A stretch of DNA of 60,563 nt, the filler included. It is 6 parts of 6 records of this genome, joined end to end, with 100 filler letters (N's around TTAATTAATTAA, not from the genome) between each part and the next. Parts side by side here need not be neighbours in the genome. Positions count along the whole stretch, not along the records: positions 54,343 to 60,563 come from SRR31156797_650; 5 more parts are not named here. One strand, written 5' to 3'. The translations under genes were made by a program, and so were the position numbers. Under the pieces are notes generated by a model. The model was not told the origin of the DNA. It saw only the letters and a program-made list of their open reading frames with translations, and did no database searches. The first letter of the stretch is position 1; each line of letters opens with the position of its first letter. Below are positions 58,491-60,563 of the stretch, in pieces.

Positions 58491-59069
58491 ATGACACATG
58501 AATTAATGAAACTACCTTATGAATTAGATGCCTTAGAGCCATTGATGTCAAAAGAGACTTTAGAATTTCACTATAGAAAACATCATCAAACATATGTAAC
58601 AAAATTAAATGGATTAATCAAAGATACTAAATATGAAGACCTTCCTTTAGAAGATATTATTAAAGATTCAGAAGGTGGAGTATTTAATAACTCTGCACAA
58701 GTATTTAATCACGATTTTTTCTGGCAAAGTTTAACTCCCGGTGGTTCTGAAATTCCATCAGAAGTAGAAGATGCTTTAACAAAAACTTTTGGTTCAGTAG
58801 ATAAATTTAAAGAAGAATTCACAAATACAGCTGTAAATCACTTTGGTTCGGGATGGGCTTGGCTTGTAAAAGATGCTTCTGGTAAATTAGAAATTGTAGC
58901 AACTGCAAATGCAGCAACTCCTATTACAGAAGGATTAACACCATTATTAACATGTGATGTGTGGGAACATGCATACTATATTGATACAAGAAATGCAAGA
59001 CCTGCATACTTAGAAAATTTCTGGAAACTTGTTAACTGGGATTTTGTAGCTAAAAATTTAGCTAAATAA
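58491..59069 (+). CDS. sodB: Iron superoxide dismutase
   Basis: [32 protein letters not shown]. Confidence 0.93.
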   Translation: MTHELMKLPYELDALEPLMSKETLEFHYRKHHQTYVTKLNGLIKDTKYEDLPLEDIIKDSEGGVFNNSAQVFNHDFFWQSLTPGGSEIPSEVEDALTKTFGSVDKFKEEFTNTAVNHFGSGWAWLVKDASGKLEIVATANAATPITEGLTPLLTCDVWEHAYYIDTRNARPAYLENFWKLVNWDFVAKNLAK

Positions 59070-59085
59070 TAAAAATATGAGTGTA

Positions 59086-60027
59086 TTAGAAGAATCTTTC
59101 TTCTAATACATCGATAAGTGATTGAACTGATTTTACAGAGTTCGAGAATAGTTCTTTTTGTTCTGATGTTAGTTTTAAATCCATAACTTTTTCAACACCT
59201 TTACTTCCTAACATAACAGGAACACCAGCCACTACATTTTTATAGCCATATTCTCCATCAAGCATTACTGCACAAGGATATATTTTCTTTTTATTATCTA
59301 GAATAGCTTCAACCATAAGAGAGGTTGCATGTGCAGGAGCATAATAAGCTGAACCAGTTTCAAGTAGTTTTACAATTTGAAGCCCACCATTTTTAGTTTT
59401 TTCTACAATCTCTTTTATTTCATCTTCATTTAATAGTTCAGGCAAAGCAACACCTGCAACTGTTGAGTGATTTGGAAGAGGTACCATATCATCGCCATGT
59501 CCTCCCATTACAGAAGATTCAATTTGTCCCGCACCAAATCCTAATTTGTCTAATACAAAGTGGCTCATTCTTGCACTATCTAAGATTCCTGCCATACCTA
59601 AAACTTGTTCTTTTTTAAATCCAGAACATTTAAGAGCTGTATAAACCATTGCATCAAGTGGATTTGAAACAATAATTACTATTGAGTCTGGGGCATGTGT
59701 TTTAATATCCTCAACTACAGAGTTCATGATTTTTGCATTTGTAAGAAGTAAGTCATCTCTACTCATGCCTGGTTTTCTTGGTATTCCTGCTGTTATAACA
59801 ATAATATCACAACCACTTAAATCTTCTGCAGATTTCGCAGCAGTAACTCTTGTATGAGATTTTGCAGCATTTGCAGATTGAGATATATCAAGAGCCATAG
59901 CTTCAACTATATTTTCTCTAATATCTTTTAATACAACTGCAGAACATATTCCTTTGTGAGCTAGTGTGTATGCTAGTGTAGAACCCACATTTCCTACACC
60001 AATTATTCCAACTTTTTTATTAATCAA
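59086..60027 (-). CDS. mdh: Malate dehydrogenase (LDH-like)
   Basis: GVGNVG, TAGIPRKPGMSRDDL, SNPLD, GGHGD, SAYYAP. Confidence 0.95.
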   Translation of the reverse strand: MINKKVGIIGVGNVGSTLAYTLAHKGICSAVVLKDIRENIVEAMALDISQSANAAKSHTRVTAAKSAEDLSGCDIIVITAGIPRKPGMSRDDLLLTNAKIMNSVVEDIKTHAPDSIVIIVSNPLDAMVYTALKCSGFKKEQVLGMAGILDSARMSHFVLDKLGFGAGQIESSVMGGHGDDMVPLPNHSTVAGVALPELLNEDEIKEIVEKTKNGGLQIVKLLETGSAYYAPAHATSLMVEAILDNKKKIYPCAVMLDGEYGYKNVVAGVPVMLGSKGVEKVMDLKLTSEQKELFSNSVKSVQSLIDVLEERFF

Positions 60028-60110
60028 AATTTACCTTTCTGCTGTTACTAATTATTTTAATTATATCAAATGGTATTTAATATAATTAAAAAAACTGTAT
60101 ATTTTCTATA

Positions 60111-60142
60111 AAAAAAGGTAAGGCTTTTAAACCTTACCTTTT
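60111..60142 (-). terminator. Intrinsic terminator after icd
   Basis: AAAAGGTAAGG-cttttaaa-CCTTACCTTTT. Confidence 0.7.
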
Positions 60143-60160
60143 CGTAGTTTGAGTTATTGT

Positions 60161-60563
<403 letters not shown>

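Noticed and set aside
58560-58590. SodB HYRKHH instead of the usual H(H/Y)GKHH
   Set aside because: A single non-ligand substitution. All metal ligands are intact, and it could be a sequencing variant.

Overview
This window is not one locus. It consists of six unrelated contig pieces joined by 100-nt artificial linkers (N-run, TTAATTAATTAA, N-run). (1) 1-10560, Campylobacterota-like (probably Arcobacteraceae): an intact tyrosine recombinase divergent from two paralogous acidic hypothetical genes, then DUF5718, psd, mltA, surE and a truncated multi-sensor kinase. (2) 10661-17689: an integron-type cassette array with several attC sites and no integrase in view, carrying KTSC-like+RmuC, a GHKL-ATPase/nuclease, gene remnants, a REP and a probable IS end. 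(3) 17790-35365, probably the same kind of genome as piece 1: tkt', topA, a third paralog of the piece-1 family, a murF-purU cluster, a phoX / heme-motif lipoprotein / 5'-nucleotidase cluster and valS'. (4) 35466-44082, low-GC: two-component genes, LacI, a serine hydrolase and GH97. (5) 44183-54242, about 50% GC, deltaproteobacterial-like: an alkyl-DHAP-synthase-GlpD fusion, a pseudo-receiver kinase, acyl-CoA enzymes and two cheD genes. (6) 54343-60563, Arcobacter-like: cbpA', a Fur-boxed ankyrin-sodN-sodX unit next to sodB, mdh and icd'. The best candidate for an undescribed system is a family of three modular hypothetical proteins. Each gene is preceded by the same TGTGAC(A/G)-N4-TGTGACA-N9-(-10) element, and one copy also lies in the leader of the divergent tyrosine recombinase. 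Taxonomic calls are inferences from gene content and composition only.
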